Shown: in pieces, positions 38,254 to 51,172 of the stretch
Layout of the letters: every line of letters starts with the position of its first letter
How positions within the stretch are numbered: the first letter of the stretch is position 1
Assembly: GCA_009602725.1 (NCBI GenBank)
Contig: WELB01000006.1
Span: 537,683 to 601,682 of the forward strand
Direction: 5' to 3'
Source of the DNA: Spirogloea muscicola
Lineage: Eukaryota
DNA: 64,000 nt
Notes under the pieces: generated by a model
The model's database searches: none
The model's input: the letters and a program-made list of their open reading frames with translations, nothing else
What the model was told of the DNA's origin: nothing
Program-made: the position numbers and the translations under genes

Positions 38254-40232
38254 TCCNGCTCCGGTCAACGGCAGTCGCCTTGCTCGCAAACTCGTGGACG
38301 GCGACAGAGGACCAACGTTGACTAGCCCCGCCGCCGGCGGCGGCGGCGGCGTCGGCGGCGGCGGCGGCGGCGGCGGATACGACGGCAGCGGCGGAGGCTC
38401 CGGGGACGGTGAGCGTGGAGCCCGGCGTCGTGGTGGGCACGGGGCGAGTGGGTTCTGCGCTGCTGCACATGGGGCCCCCTGGCGGCGATGCCACGGTCGG
38501 CCGCGGGCAGGCCATCCCGGAGGCCTCCACGGGGCCCATCTTCGTGTGCACCCGCAACGACGCCCTGGACGCCGTCGTGGACGCCACACCGCCGCCGCGA
38601 CGGCCTGGTCAGCAGCCCTTCTCCCGTCCTTCACTCCACCTGACCAAATGACTGACTTGACTGGGGGGTAAGAGGTGCACGATCTCTCCTTAGCTTGCGG
38701 TGGCGGGTTCAAGTAGGTTCTACAACGGGCTCAGAACGTCTGCCTCTGTCAAAGTGATGTTGCAAGTAGGAAAGGACCTCCAGTTCACTCTTTGTTGAGG
38801 ATGAGCGGCCTCACATTGCGCAAGTGATTGTTTGCTCTTTGCAATGCAATGAGAGGTAGATGTCTCCGCAGCTTAATAATGACGGAGGGTGATGTAGTAA
38901 TATTTCTCTGTAATTTCTTGTGAAGAACCTTGCACCTCCTCACCTACGATGGCCTTTACCACCTGATTTGGCTTCACTTATTGGCAGGACCCAATATGGT
39001 AGCTGACTTGGAATCACCCCTTCCCGTTAGACCTTGTCTTTCTGCAGAATGGCATGTTGGAGCCATGGCTTGAGAGCAAGGGACTGCAGGACAACACACA
39101 GGTCCTGGTGTACTTTGCCATAGCGAAGCTAGGGCAGGACCCCGTGGATGGTATCACTGATGTCAATCCTGAGGGCCTCACGGTTGCCACTGGCAAATGG
39201 GCTCCAGCCGTCGCTGCGCGCCTCCAGTCTGCTGGCCTCACTTGCAAGGTCGATCTCTCTTGCCTGGTCAGAGATGGTCATATGGCCAGCACATAGCTCC
39301 CGGCAGTTGCTTCAACAAAGTTGGTTGGGCTGTCAAACCCTGCTGTCATGACAGAGCCTATTGTGCTCAGCTGAAATCATTTTGCTCTGGATTATTAACT
39401 TGGTCCAGGTCCTGAAGGTTGAGGATTTCCAGCAGCCGATGCTCGAGAAGCTTATCTGGATCTGTGCATTCATGCTTGTTGGAGCCCGTCATCCAGGGGC
39501 CACAGTAGGTGTCGTGGAGAAGGACCACAAGGACGAGGTGTGTATCTTCAACGAGTCAAGCTTGCTCACATTAACAACAGAAGAGAGAGCATGTCTTCAC
39601 GGTAGCTCTGAAGAGGACGAGAGGTAGAGAACAAGTGTTGGGTGAAGATCTTCCAAGATATCCAATTTGTATCCTCAGCAACTTGAACGCTGAACTTGTT
39701 TGTTGAGTACACATAGTAGTTGTGGCATATGTATTGACAGGGGGCAGCCTTGCTGCTGATTGCCTGATTCGCCTGAGCCTACTGCCTGTGTTGTGGTCAT
39801 GGCATGGCAGATTGTTCCCTTGATCAAAGAGCTGAGCAGGGCAGCCGCCGATGCCAAGGGAATCACATTCACGGGTGGTGTGGAAGATCGACTCATGGCT
39901 TATGCTCGCAGTGTAGCTCACTTTCCAACTGCAGTCAAGGAGGTAAAGCTTCTTACTGGTCATGCAGCGATGTGTTGATCATTGCCTTCCGCATAAGCAA
40001 CTGTTTGGTATGCTTCAGCTGCATTTCATGTTGGCAATGCTGCGGTTGAGCTGAAAAGATCAGTACACATGTTTACTAAGCTGGCACCGCATGATTGGGT
40101 GATGTCATCTGGCAGTTTGAGTGGCGGAATGGTTGGTTTTACAACCTCTCTGAGGCTGCACTTGCTGCTGGCAAGGAAGACCCCTGCCCACTGCATACTT
40201 CATGGCTCAAGGAACTGGGGATAGTAAAGTAA
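38200..40232 (+). CDS. Conserved plant/algal Rossmann-like protein (At1g16080-like; ketopantoate-reductase-like fold), probably plastid
   Basis: VVVGTGRVG, GPIFVCTRNDAL, DLVFLQNGMLEPWL, TQVLVYFA, MLEKLIWICAFMLVGARH, AYARSVAHFPTAVKEFEWRNGWFY, DPCPLHT. Confidence 0.85.
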
Positions 40233-40661
40233 GCGCTTGCTGCAAGAATCCGGCATAATTGCCAATGTGCCTCACACACTTGTGTGCAACACTGCTTGCA
40301 ATACGCAGCACTAGTAGTTGCTGTACGGGCTACTTCTTGATCAGACAATTTGCAGACGTGCATATCTTGACCTGCCACTGATGTATCCAAGCCACATGAC
40401 GACATGATAACACTTAGAGAGCAGTAATTAATAAACTACTGTCCTTGAACATGCACAAACATGCTCCAGGACTGGATCCGAAATATCGCCCAGGAATCTG
40501 CCTGCTTGTTTCCTTAAATCACTTCAACAGTGTGCTGATACACAGCTGACCAGCTTTGATGACAATTCTGCATGATGTTGCCGGCATGAGCTCCTGGAGC
40601 AGCCGCTTCGGGCAGGATATTCTAGTGCATAGTCATTAGGACCAAAGCGCGTAGTCAGTCT

Positions 40662-41311
40662 TCAAGATCGCTCGTGAAGCTTCTCCTGCTCCCGGTAGTA
40701 GTTAGCAAACCTGAGGAAAAAGATGCCAAGCATCAGCTGTCCTGGCTCATTATTCCTTGGCAATAGGCCTTCTCTTTTACATGACTACTACAGCAAAGAC
40801 CGGCATTGATTGGCTCCGTGTCAAGGAATTGCCAGGCACCATGGCAGAGAGCCTAGGTATTTCCGCACCGCGCCGCAGGACTGTCGATGAGGACATCACA
40901 ACCGCTCCACAAGATGCAGATATACAGAAAAGCCCCGTATAGCAAACCACAGCACAGAAGTGTTGCTGCATCAAAGTACTCTACCCTTCATCCAGGCAAG
41001 AGCCAAAATCGTTGCCTGGCGCTGCCAGTGTCTACGAGCTACTTTTGGTTGCCAGCATGTCAGACCCCGCCTCCGCTGGGGGCCCAGCCAGTGAGCCCCC
41101 AGCTGGCGAGGCAAAGGAGCAGGCGGGGCGGCGGAGCTCACCACACGGTGCCGACGACGGGGACGGCGCAGAAGCACCAGCTGACGAAGTTGTTCTTGAG
41201 CTTCTTGGTCACGTCGTGGCTCAGGTCGCTGTACAGCCCCGTCAGAATCTTCTGCTCGAACGGCGACAGCGTGTACATCACGTGCTTCACGCGCACCGGC
41301 AGCTTACCCAT
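40662..41311 (-). CDS. QCR8: Cytochrome b-c1 complex subunit 8
   Basis: Two exons (41311-41142 and 40710-40662): MGKLPVRVKHVMYTLSPFEQKILTGLYSDL..VPVVGTVW/FANYYREQEKLHERS*. Confidence 0.9.
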
Positions 41312-42161
41312 CGCGACGGCGGCCTCTATACTGCGGCGACTGCGGCAGCAGAGGCGGCCGCGGCGGCGGTGGCGGCGGCGCGGGGGGCCGGCGGCGNGGC
41401 GGCGGCGGTGGCGGCGACGGCGGCGGGGCCGACGGGTCGTGCTGCGACGGCCGCTTCATTAGTCGCAGGCCTGGAGACGAGCGGATTGTCTTGGGTGGCC
41501 GGAGTGGCCGTGTGCTAAAGAATCTGGCTAGGATGCAGATCAGGAGGGAGGCTCTGGCGCGTATTTGTGGTTGCTGTCCCGTTGGAGGGGAGCTGCAAAG
41601 CGGCCACACAATAATCTCTATCATTCTGGTATCTGAGCAGTGTGACCAATCTGCGCCGTCGTCCTCTGTTCTCGAGCGTGAGCGATTGAGCACCCCCGTG
41701 AGGACGACTCCCGAAGCAGCCTTCAGTGTATCACATCCAAGCCCTCCTCATACCCACTTGCACTCGTTGTCATCGTCGTCCTCGCTGGGCAGCGAGGACG
41801 ACGATGACCCACCATTATTGCTATCAGTGTCACATAATCTGCCCTCGCCTGCAGGCTCTCTGCAAGGCAAGGCACAAAAGCACACAGGAACCATGCGCTG
41901 ATCTGGTTTCAAATGGGAAGAAACCTTCGTCAAGGGTCACAGCCTGCTTCATCTTGGCCATGGCCCAAGCCTGACGACTTCAACAAGGCTGCCCAGCGAG
42001 GTCATTCACACCACTCGTAGCAATAAACTAGACTGCTCCCGCTGGCCTACTTGACCGACTAAATTTCTTTCCAAGACGGAGTTTGGAGGCATTGCTTGCA
42101 AATCTGCCTAAGCTGTATTCCACCCAGCTTCTACATTGTCACCAAATTCTACAGTACATTG

Positions 42162-44573
42162 TCAGACCCGTAATATCTGGAGCTTGGTAGAGAAGGCAAT
42201 TGCAACCCAGTCGGGCTGAGTTGAGGACCATTGCAGCTGATTTATCTCGGCGCCAGCTGTGTATGCCAGGATGGGGTCTAGCCCTCCATCCACAGGCTGG
42301 CTGAGCGTTGAAAGGTCCCATATCAAGGCCTGTGCGTCATCCCCTGCGGTGCAGATGTGGCAGGAGCTGTGGGGCGCCCAAGCGACAGCATTCACGCACG
42401 CCTGATGCCGCTGTATAGAACCCAGAGCAGCTGCTTCAGAACAGACGTCTTTGGTGCTAAGCTACATACATATGCACGCTACTATGACAAGCTAATTAGC
42501 AATGAATCTGCATCATTTAGATGTCAATAACCAGGTGAGTACCACGTGCTGATACTGATCACAATCACCAGGTTAGACCGCAGGCCAAGCCTGACTTTCT
42601 TAGGATCACCACTTCGTCATGACAGTGCAGCTACATCTTAGCTGAAATATGAGGGGCAATATCAAGCCAATACTTGCCTGTAGCTCTGCGATTGGCAGAG
42701 TGGGAAATCGTATGTCAAGCACAACCACCTTGGAGCTATCCATAAGGATGGTGGCCATATACCGAGGATCCTGCTTGTTGGAGCAGTTTGTCAGAGCAAT
42801 GCACTTTGACATAGTACCACAAATTACATCATGTCCCTTCCTCGTGATACTTTTGTGATATACACATGTCCTGTCACAACAGGGTTGTAGCAGCTGCAAG
42901 CTTGGCAACTCAAACAGCATGGTCAAGTGCGATGCCGAAAATCACAGAAGAGGGATCTGACCTGCTTGTTCCACCCTAATCGCAGCAGCGGCGTCTCTGG
43001 CTGAGGACTTTCATATATGATGGTAGAGTGCTCCTTGTCACGGAGGTCAAAAACCCTGACAGAGCCATCTGCAGATACTGAAGCGAAGACGCCCACGCCT
43101 CCCCAAGCGATATCGTACACCTGCCATCAAAAGATCAAGCTCATCTAAGGTGTTAGCTAGTACAGCAACGGGTGATTGAGCATGACTGAGTAGGAAGGTC
43201 AGCTGCTCTCACAGAGCTATGGCTGGTACTCAAGCCCCAACATATGACCAGCCATCAGATGAGATGAGATGTGAGGTGAAAGTGCTAAGCTCATGGAAAC
43301 ATACCTCTTTGTCATGCGCAATGAGCTGTGTGTCCACAACTTCCTTCTCTATGTCCCAGATTGTGCAAGTTGTATCAATTGACGAGGTTCCCAATCGCCT
43401 AGGCTCAGAGTCATTCCAGTCGAATGACGTCAATGGAGCACAGAACTCGCTATGCTTGTTGTTGTTTAAAGTGCTCTGTGGATAGCATGAGTGCAAGTGC
43501 AGATGATCAGAAACAGCTATGCACCTGACCTAGACATCAATAGCAACTCACATTCTGAGATCTCCTTGCTTTGCTTGTCAACCACCGACTGACTGCTACA
43601 TATCTGTGCTGGATGTGACCATGTTCAGTCCCTTGGTCAGGGACCTCAAAAAGCTGGGAGACAAATCTCTCCCGATTTTGAGACAAGATGTCATGAGTAA
43701 TGGACTACTTGTGAGTAGCTAGGTTGCATTTCGGATTGAGTGGCAGTTCTTCATGAGTGGCAGTGCTTCAGGTTTTTGGTTGAGAAGAGATTGGTGAACA
43801 AGCATCTCCCACCTTCAATTCTACACCGTCATCCTTAACATGCCAAATGCGGAGGTAGTCACCTGTAGTGGCAATGAGGTCCGGTTTCTGCACACAACAA
43901 CGCTGCAGTAGTCAGCCTCCACTCCAGCTGCTAAATGAGAAGGGCATCACATAGGGCTGAACCCAGGCCTGCGAAAGGTACAAGCAAAACAAACCTGGCA
44001 CTCCTTGTCAGGTATGAACATAATCTTGGTGGCTGGATAAGGGTGATTGAATGTCATATTCGGAACAGCCTTGAACTGGCCAGTTTCATCGTCGAGCTGC
44101 ACAATCTCCACCTTGTTCGCATGCTCTTCTGCGCAGAGCAAATACTTCATCACAATTTATGCGTCTGCTAAAGCAGATACTAACACATTCAGCTGGATGC
44201 ATCCTTGTCAAAATACACAAGGACAACTCAGCAGTGCACAGGGGGTGTAAGACCCAACCCCTACATTGTATGATGGGCAGAGGAGAAGCAGCCCCTCAAA
44301 GTACCCCTGCATGACATTATTCCAAAGCAGCAGCATTCGTGCACAAGTTGCGGCTGCTTGTGAGCGCACGTATTTGAGGATGACCAGCTGACGGAGCTTG
44401 TCCCTCGTATGCACCAGCAGGGGGGTGGGTAGCCAGGTACCAATGAAGCTGCCGATGGCGAGGCGGAAGTTCTTGTCGCGGCGGACGCTCCAGTTCATGC
44501 CGTAGATGAGCCAGGGCGCCTCGTACGTGTAGATCTCTGCGCGCTTCGGCGGCTCCTGCGCGTACAGGTCCAT
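42162..44573 (-). CDS. LWD1: WD40 protein LWD1/AN11/DCAF7 family
   Basis: [107 protein letters not shown]. Confidence 0.95.
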
Positions 44574-46932
44574 GGGCTTCCCCAGCGCTCCCCCCCGGCG
44601 TCCGCACGCCGTGCGTGCGCTACGGCCGCCGGAGCTGCTCGGCTTCCCGAGGCCACGGACTACCGGCAAGCTCGGCCAGACGCCAGAAGCGGCCGGACGG
44701 CGCCCGTCGCCGCCGCCCGCGCCACACGGCTCTGCGGCACTTGCCGACGATGGCGCGCATGTGCGCACCAGGCGGCGGCGGCGGCGGCGGCGGCGGNTGC
44801 AGTAGCCGCGCGCAAAGTAGAGGCAGGGCCGCCACGCCGCCGCCGCCGCCGCCGCTGGCCGCGCGCGACGCGGGGACAGCGCGGGCCAGGTGTGCGGGAC
44901 ACGGAGCTGCGACCCTCCACTGTGTGCACCCTCTGGCTGGCTTTTACTGCTTTGCTTCTCTTAAAGCCGCTCATTTAATCCTCGCCGCCGCAATCTTTTA
45001 GACGGCGTGACCGGGCCAGCGCCCGCGCTCCCAGCGTCGTCCGCAGCGATGGCGGCCTCCGGCCGCCAGCCCCCCCGCCGCCGCCCTCCGGCCGCCCCTC
45101 GCCGCCGCCGCCGCCGTCTCGCACCACGCCGCCGGCTCCCGCGAGCGTCTCTGCCCGCCACGCGGGTGGCATGGACAGCGCTGCCGCGAGCGTGGCGAAG
45201 TCCAGAGTCATGGCGGGCGTGCGCTTCATTGCAAGCAGCGCCCAGCGGGAGCACCACGCTGTGGGCAGCGTCGGTGAGACTTGGTTGGACCAGGCCGGGG
45301 TCAGCATCCGGAGCTGGGCTGGCGAAGACCGAACGGGCTTCCATCCGACACAGCGGCTTCGAGGAGCCCGCGTGACGAGGGTGGACACGGGGGGGCTGGG
45401 ACTTGCCAGTCAAGGACGATGCGCACTGGAGGAGTCCGGCGCTGGCGCAGTGAAGGCATTTACCCCTGGTCAGCATGTCGGACGCTTGTGAGAAGGGTCG
45501 CAGCAGGCACCCTGCCGGCATCCTGAGGCCGCTGCTGCTGAAGCGCATATGGCAAGCAGAGGCAATGTAGACGTCCTGCATCAATGCAGCAAGACGGAGA
45601 GATGCATCAGCGAACCATGCATCCTTGCATAGATTACCTCGGTCCTGTGAGCTCCGACGTGCGGTGCATTTGGCCCTGCTTTGTCAGTTTATTTGGGCTG
45701 GCTTCTTTACAGATGCACTTTCTTTCTGCTGCAAGCAGGAAACAGCAAGGGAAAGTGTGGCGGAGAAGGCAATGATTATCAGGTGTCAGCACCATCGACT
45801 CTTGCTGGTGACACCTTCTACCGGTTGGCCATGGTCGTCCACGTGTGCCATGCCTGCAGTGGCCAGTGCTTGGGCTGCTGTCTTGCCAAGTGCAGCAGAT
45901 GTGCGGAAAGGGTGCACTGGCAACCGAGGCACTCGTGCCTGATGTCCATGTGACGAATGCCACTGTCTATGTCTTTGCAGGGCTCCAGTCCAATGTGCTC
46001 CATCGTCCTGAGCTGTTGTGCTCCATTGTCCCAAGCTCTCCCGCTACATCACTGCGCAGCTTCCACCTTGGGCAGTGGGATACCATTTTCCTAATTAGCT
46101 CGCCCAACCTCGTCCTGCTGACGAGGCCGCGTTCAGTGGCCCTTCTTGGCCTGAGACTTCAGTAGGGCATGCACACTACATGGTCATCTTCGATGCGCAC
46201 TTGACTGGCCTTCACAGCCCCCCGGTCTTACTTTCAGCAAGTGCTGTACCTCAGTGACATTCCTCCACTTCACCTGGACTCAACACACCTGGCTTGTCGT
46301 GCACAGCCAGTCATTGTATTAGCAGGCAAGGCTTCTATGTTGGCCTAAGGCCATTGACCATGCTGATTTTGATTCGACTGCCCTTCTCTTTTGCAGTTGG
46401 CCGGCTCTAAGAAGTCCCTATCCTTCCTTTGCCCCTCAACCTACTTTTGCCCTCTGGCAGACAGCAACCACAGCACCCAGCTGCCTGTGCGGGCCTTCCA
46501 TGCCTCATGCCACTTAGACCTTCCTCACATTACCCCCTGCGCTGGAGGTGTGAACCAGTAATGAAACTTTGTCTGACTTGCTGTGCTTCAGTCGACCAGG
46601 AGGTTGGCTTCGCATGGCCACTGCTTTGAAGCTGCTGCACATGCTCATATTGGCAGAGATGCCCATGATTGCCTGCACCTCCAGGGCTCTACTGACACGC
46701 ACTTTCACAACATACACCGCACTAGCAAAGAATTCACTTGATCAAAGACAACACAACAAATCAGAAATTATAGAGGCATCAAAGCACCAAGGTAGCCTGC
46801 TATATGTGCAGCACAAGTGGCAACTGTCTATATAGTAAGCTACTCATTATGTCTGACCAGGGGAGTCATAGGCAGACGGCCCTGGCTTGTCTAGAGTAGC
46901 TACCTTGAGGTAGGGGTGCAGTAACTCGGGTG

Positions 46933-49588
46933 TCACGATGCGGTGTTCTTCTTGCATGCTCTGCAAGATTTTCGGCACGCACCTCCGAATTCCACTGAGC
47001 CAACCATGAACTCCGGGTTCTTTGTGCACTCTCCCATGGCCGCCCATTCGCCGCACCTTGCCTCCTCATCAGTGCACTTGTTGGGGTCCGGTCTGGGCCT
47101 AGGGTCAAAGGAGCTGACATGAATCCACTTTGTAGCAGAGTACTTTTCGCCCTGAACCACAGGGCAGCCTGTGTGAAGTGACCATTCATCGGGCGAGGCA
47201 TCTGGGTGCAGGCTGAAGAAGAGGAGCGCATCTCCCTTGATGGGTTTGACTGCAGAAGATAACTTGAGCACTCATCTCAAATAGGACTCTGGGGCTCTGA
47301 CTCTTCCACATGCAAGCATATCACTGCAGACTTCTGGCTACAGATAGAGCTAGCTGCCAAGATGCAAATCACTTCTGGAGGCGAGGCATCGACTAACAGC
47401 TCAACAACTCTTACCTGCAGCCCCCTTCTTTCCGCATTCTGACCAGCTGTCATCCTTTTCCATGTTGATCATATCCTGTTCACATGAGGAGATCATCAGC
47501 CAACCACTACCCCCATTTCATCTCAGGTGCGAGATGAACACATTACAAGTTAACCCAGACCTTGCTGCAATCTCTGTGAGCTGTTGTTCTCGACTGTGCT
47601 TTGCAGTAACATTGTGGTCAGCTGACACACACACAGCTGACACTCTCTCACACAGACTTCTACGTACCTCAGCACTTGGGAACACAGTCTCTCCACCCTT
47701 GGTAACGTTTGACAAGTACATCAGCACTGTGGCTACGCGATGTCCACCCATGGCTGCATTGGTGGCATCCTGAAAATAGTCAAAGTGTGGTTCGTACTTT
47801 TGGCCCAGGTCATATCGCAGAACCTGGATAGCCTCACCATTCTCTGCAAGCACAAACGCGATACACGGTGAGCATCGCATGACTAGCATCCCTTATTCTG
47901 GTAGCATCTCTGGCATCCATGCCTTTGCTACAAGAATCATAGTGTTCAGTTGCTGACTAGGCATAAGTAGCATATTACATCAGCAGGTGTGACCTAATCA
48001 GCTCGACCAGGCCGTCCACCCTGCACGAAGTATGTAGGATGTCACAGTAATTATCAGGGGGAGCAGTACAACATTACCTTTTGGCAAAAAGGTCCAGGCT
48101 GCAATCTTCTCTTCTATACCAAGAATTACATCATCCTGCAAAAAGACGATTGGACCTTTGTCACAGCTCCACACTATGTTGATAGCCATCACAGGGGCAT
48201 GTAGTCAAGTCACAGTCCACAAAGCAGCAAGCATCACGGTGATCTTGTGCCGTACATAGTATTTATTGATGAACATGCCCGAGCTGGTCCGGATCTCGCT
48301 CAGGACACTCTTGCCGGACTCATTATCGGCCACTGTTGATCGTGCAAGATGGGGAATGGCCTGCATACAAGGGTGAACAGGATGGCAATGTGCGATGCTT
48401 AGCTTATGCCTTGCTAGTCCAGACCAATGCTTGTGCCAAGCAACTTTGCCCGGCAGGTAATTTTCCAGACTCACGAATCACGTCAACATATATGAGGGTG
48501 TTGGGTCTGAAGATTGACTGGACTAAAAGCAGCAGTGCTTGCCACAGCACAGCGTGGATGCACAAGCCTTAAGCCCACCTACCATTATAGGCCTGCTAAT
48601 TAATGCAAGGGTGCTCACCAACTTAATCATGTGATCGCACTCTTCCATGGTCAGGAAGCCTTTGTACAAGAATGCCCTGAACCATGGATCCATCTGTCAG
48701 AACAGCTCTTGTGCAGAAGCGCTCTTGATACCCAAATCGACAGTTGGTCTGACAGCAACGGCTGGAGCAGATGCCAGTGGAAGACAGCATCAGAGCACAA
48801 GCAACTTGAGCTTGCTTTACCTGGGCTTCCATGAAAGCTGGATGACTCTGCTGGGGTTCAAGGCCCACTTCTCTGGAGTAGGCGGGTTTCCCGTGCTGAG
48901 CTTAGAGACTCCCCTGCGAGTAGAAGTACTGCGCTTGACCTTGCGCCGCTGCCCGTGATGCCTGGATGGGAGATGCTCACACGACTAAGCTTAAGTAACG
49001 CTCCTTATAGTCCTAATCAGTTTAAAATCACTGTGCCTCCTAACGAGCGTTGACACACATTCTTGGCATCTGTGAGAGCGGTGCCAACTGGAGCCACAGT
49101 CACAGGTACATGCCAGCGACCATGCCACTACATGAAATGTTACATGCGCATTGCTCTCCCCACGCGATCCAATGCTGCAATTGTACGTGACTCACGGCCC
49201 TAATCTTGTGAATCGGACACAACTTGGACGGCTCCAGACAGCAATGGACAGGTTGCCATGTGTCTGGATATTCCCCCATAACTCCAGCACGTTTTGCGGT
49301 GCCAACAACTGCCAAATTGCGGCTTATGAAATTTGCAGAACTCTGAGCCCCTCCTCTAGGCCCGCCGCTGGCTTCGTTTCGGTAATGCAAGCCGCCCAGG
49401 GCCGTGCATGGTTGCTAACACCATTGGGGGAAGTCAGTGTGGGGCACTCACGTCTCGCCCATCCAGCCCGGCAGGGTGTCCGCCTCCAGCGTCGTCCTGG
49501 CGCTTGCGAGCGCGGCCCACGCCAGGAGCGAGAGAGCGGCAACCGCCAGGCGGCCCCGCCGGCGGCGGCACGGCTGCGGCGCGGCCAT
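46933..49588 (-). CDS. P4H: Prolyl 4-hydroxylase with C-terminal ShKT domain
   Basis: Signal anchor, RVIQLSWKPR, STVADNESGKSVLSEIRTSSGMF, ENGEAIQVLRY..KYEPHFDYF, GGETVFP, VKPIKGDALLFFSL..SLHTGCPV..KYSATKWIH, and C..C.EWA..GEC..NP.FM..CRKSC..C. Confidence 0.95.
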
Positions 49589-49784
49589 CGTCCCGGGGGC
49601 TCCCCCGCTCTGCGCCGGGGCCGCGTGGCGCAAGCGGGCCCCGGNGCGGCAGGTGGCGGGGCGGCGGGTGGGCAGGGCGGCCCAAGCGGGATGTCCCGAG
49701 CGAGCGGCCGCCGACGGCCGGGGCGGCGCCGTCGGACCGCCCCCGTCCCGTGCGCTTTGCCTTCTGGAAGGCCTCGCACAGCCG

Positions 49785-49990
49785 TTTGCCCTGGCCTTGA
49801 CAGTCCGGCCTCACGTTAGTTACTGAGTGGTCCATCCACCCCCGTTCTGACATAGCATCTTCAGGCCCCTTCGTAGCTGCTTAGCGCTTTTTAGGCCCCC
49901 TCCATCATTTGGCCCCTTCGAACCTTTGTCAATCCTTTTTCGGGCTGACTTTTCACAGCCCTTGCCCCCATTGGGAGTGCCACTTCTTCT
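49785..49990 (+). mobile_element. RLE retroelement 3' UTR (subfamily A-like)
   Basis: TGAGTGGTCCATCC..CAGCCCTTGCCCCCATTGGGAGTGCCACTTCTTC matches 18368-18516. Confidence 0.8.
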
Positions 49991-51172
49991 CTTTCAAAGG
50001 CCGTGGAGTCGGACAGCGAGTGGTCGTGATGGGCGAGTTGGGGACTGAGTCGACGGGCCCCAGTACCGCAGGCGCGCCCCCCCCCCGCTGGCTCTCCCGT
50101 CAGCCGGCCCGACGGCGGTCCGCCCCCCTTCTTCTTCTTTTCCCGTCCGAGCCAACGGCAGATGCCGCCGACTGCACGGATCGCCCCAAGACCACCCCGG
50201 CGAGAGATGCCCCCGCATCCCGCCGCGCGTGCCGCGAACTCCTGGGCTGCCCTCTGTGTCGCCACAATGCTTGCACTCCCTTCACAGCCACTTTGGTGAT
50301 ATCAGCAGCCGCAGTCACTTTGTGCGTGCCCAAGTCTTTGCACTAGCTTTTGCCTGAAATGCTTCATCGGCACTGTTTGGCCTCCCCTCCAGTCCACCCG
50401 CGCCATCTCTCGCTCTCCTGACGGCGCGCTCCCGGCCCAACGCCGCCACGCGCTCCTCCGCTCGTGGCCGTGCGGCACGCTGACGGCCGCTGAGCCCTCT
50501 ACCCCGTGTATGGGTTGAATGTAAGGGCTTAAATTGGCCACCCTTTCATTTCACGCGCACCGCGGGCCTTCGTCCCCGTGGCAACTAGCGGGCCTCCATT
50601 CTGCCCTACATGCCTTCCCTACACGCTGTGCCCCTTAACGCAGCCTCTGGCCCCTGCGCAGCGAGGGTCCGTCTCCCTCCCTCAGCTCATCTGACACCTC
50701 CTCCTGTTGACACTGAGCGGGCCCTGAGCTGCCAAGTCTGCAGCTCCAGCGCAGCATAAGTGCACCAGCTACTTCTCGTCTGCATTCGGCTGCCTTTAGC
50801 AGCCGCCCTTATTGTCAGCGGCCGCTTCCCCTTTTACTCTGGGCTGGCTAGCTCGAAAATCAGTCCCCGCCTTGACTGACCATGACCTGGAAAAGATTCT
50901 GTCAGTGTCCACGCTTCAGGCAGGATGATGCGTTCATCTTGTTGGCCCCTCGATCTGCTCATTACAGCCTCCTATCACCTCATACCTTAGCAGAGTGGGA
51001 GCTTGATCCTTCGACTCCTTGAGCCACGCATGCGACAGTAACCAGCCCTTTCATCAGTCACGAAGTGCTGAGTCCATCATGTGGCTCTCTTTTTGTGCTG
51101 ACCTACCAGCAGTTAGCTAAGAGCCCATGATGGACACTCAATCGCATCAATCCCAAGCTCGCAAGCTGCTGA

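Noticed and set aside
38205..38260. Apparent frameshifts at (GCC)n or poly-C tracts containing single Ns (also ~21702, 41397, 44797, 49645)
   Set aside because: Likely sequencing or assembly joins in GC microsatellites rather than biology.
45007..46500. Possible gene divergent from LWD1
   Set aside because: GC-rich ORFs and splice-like sites are present, but I could build no recognisable product or consistent exon chain.
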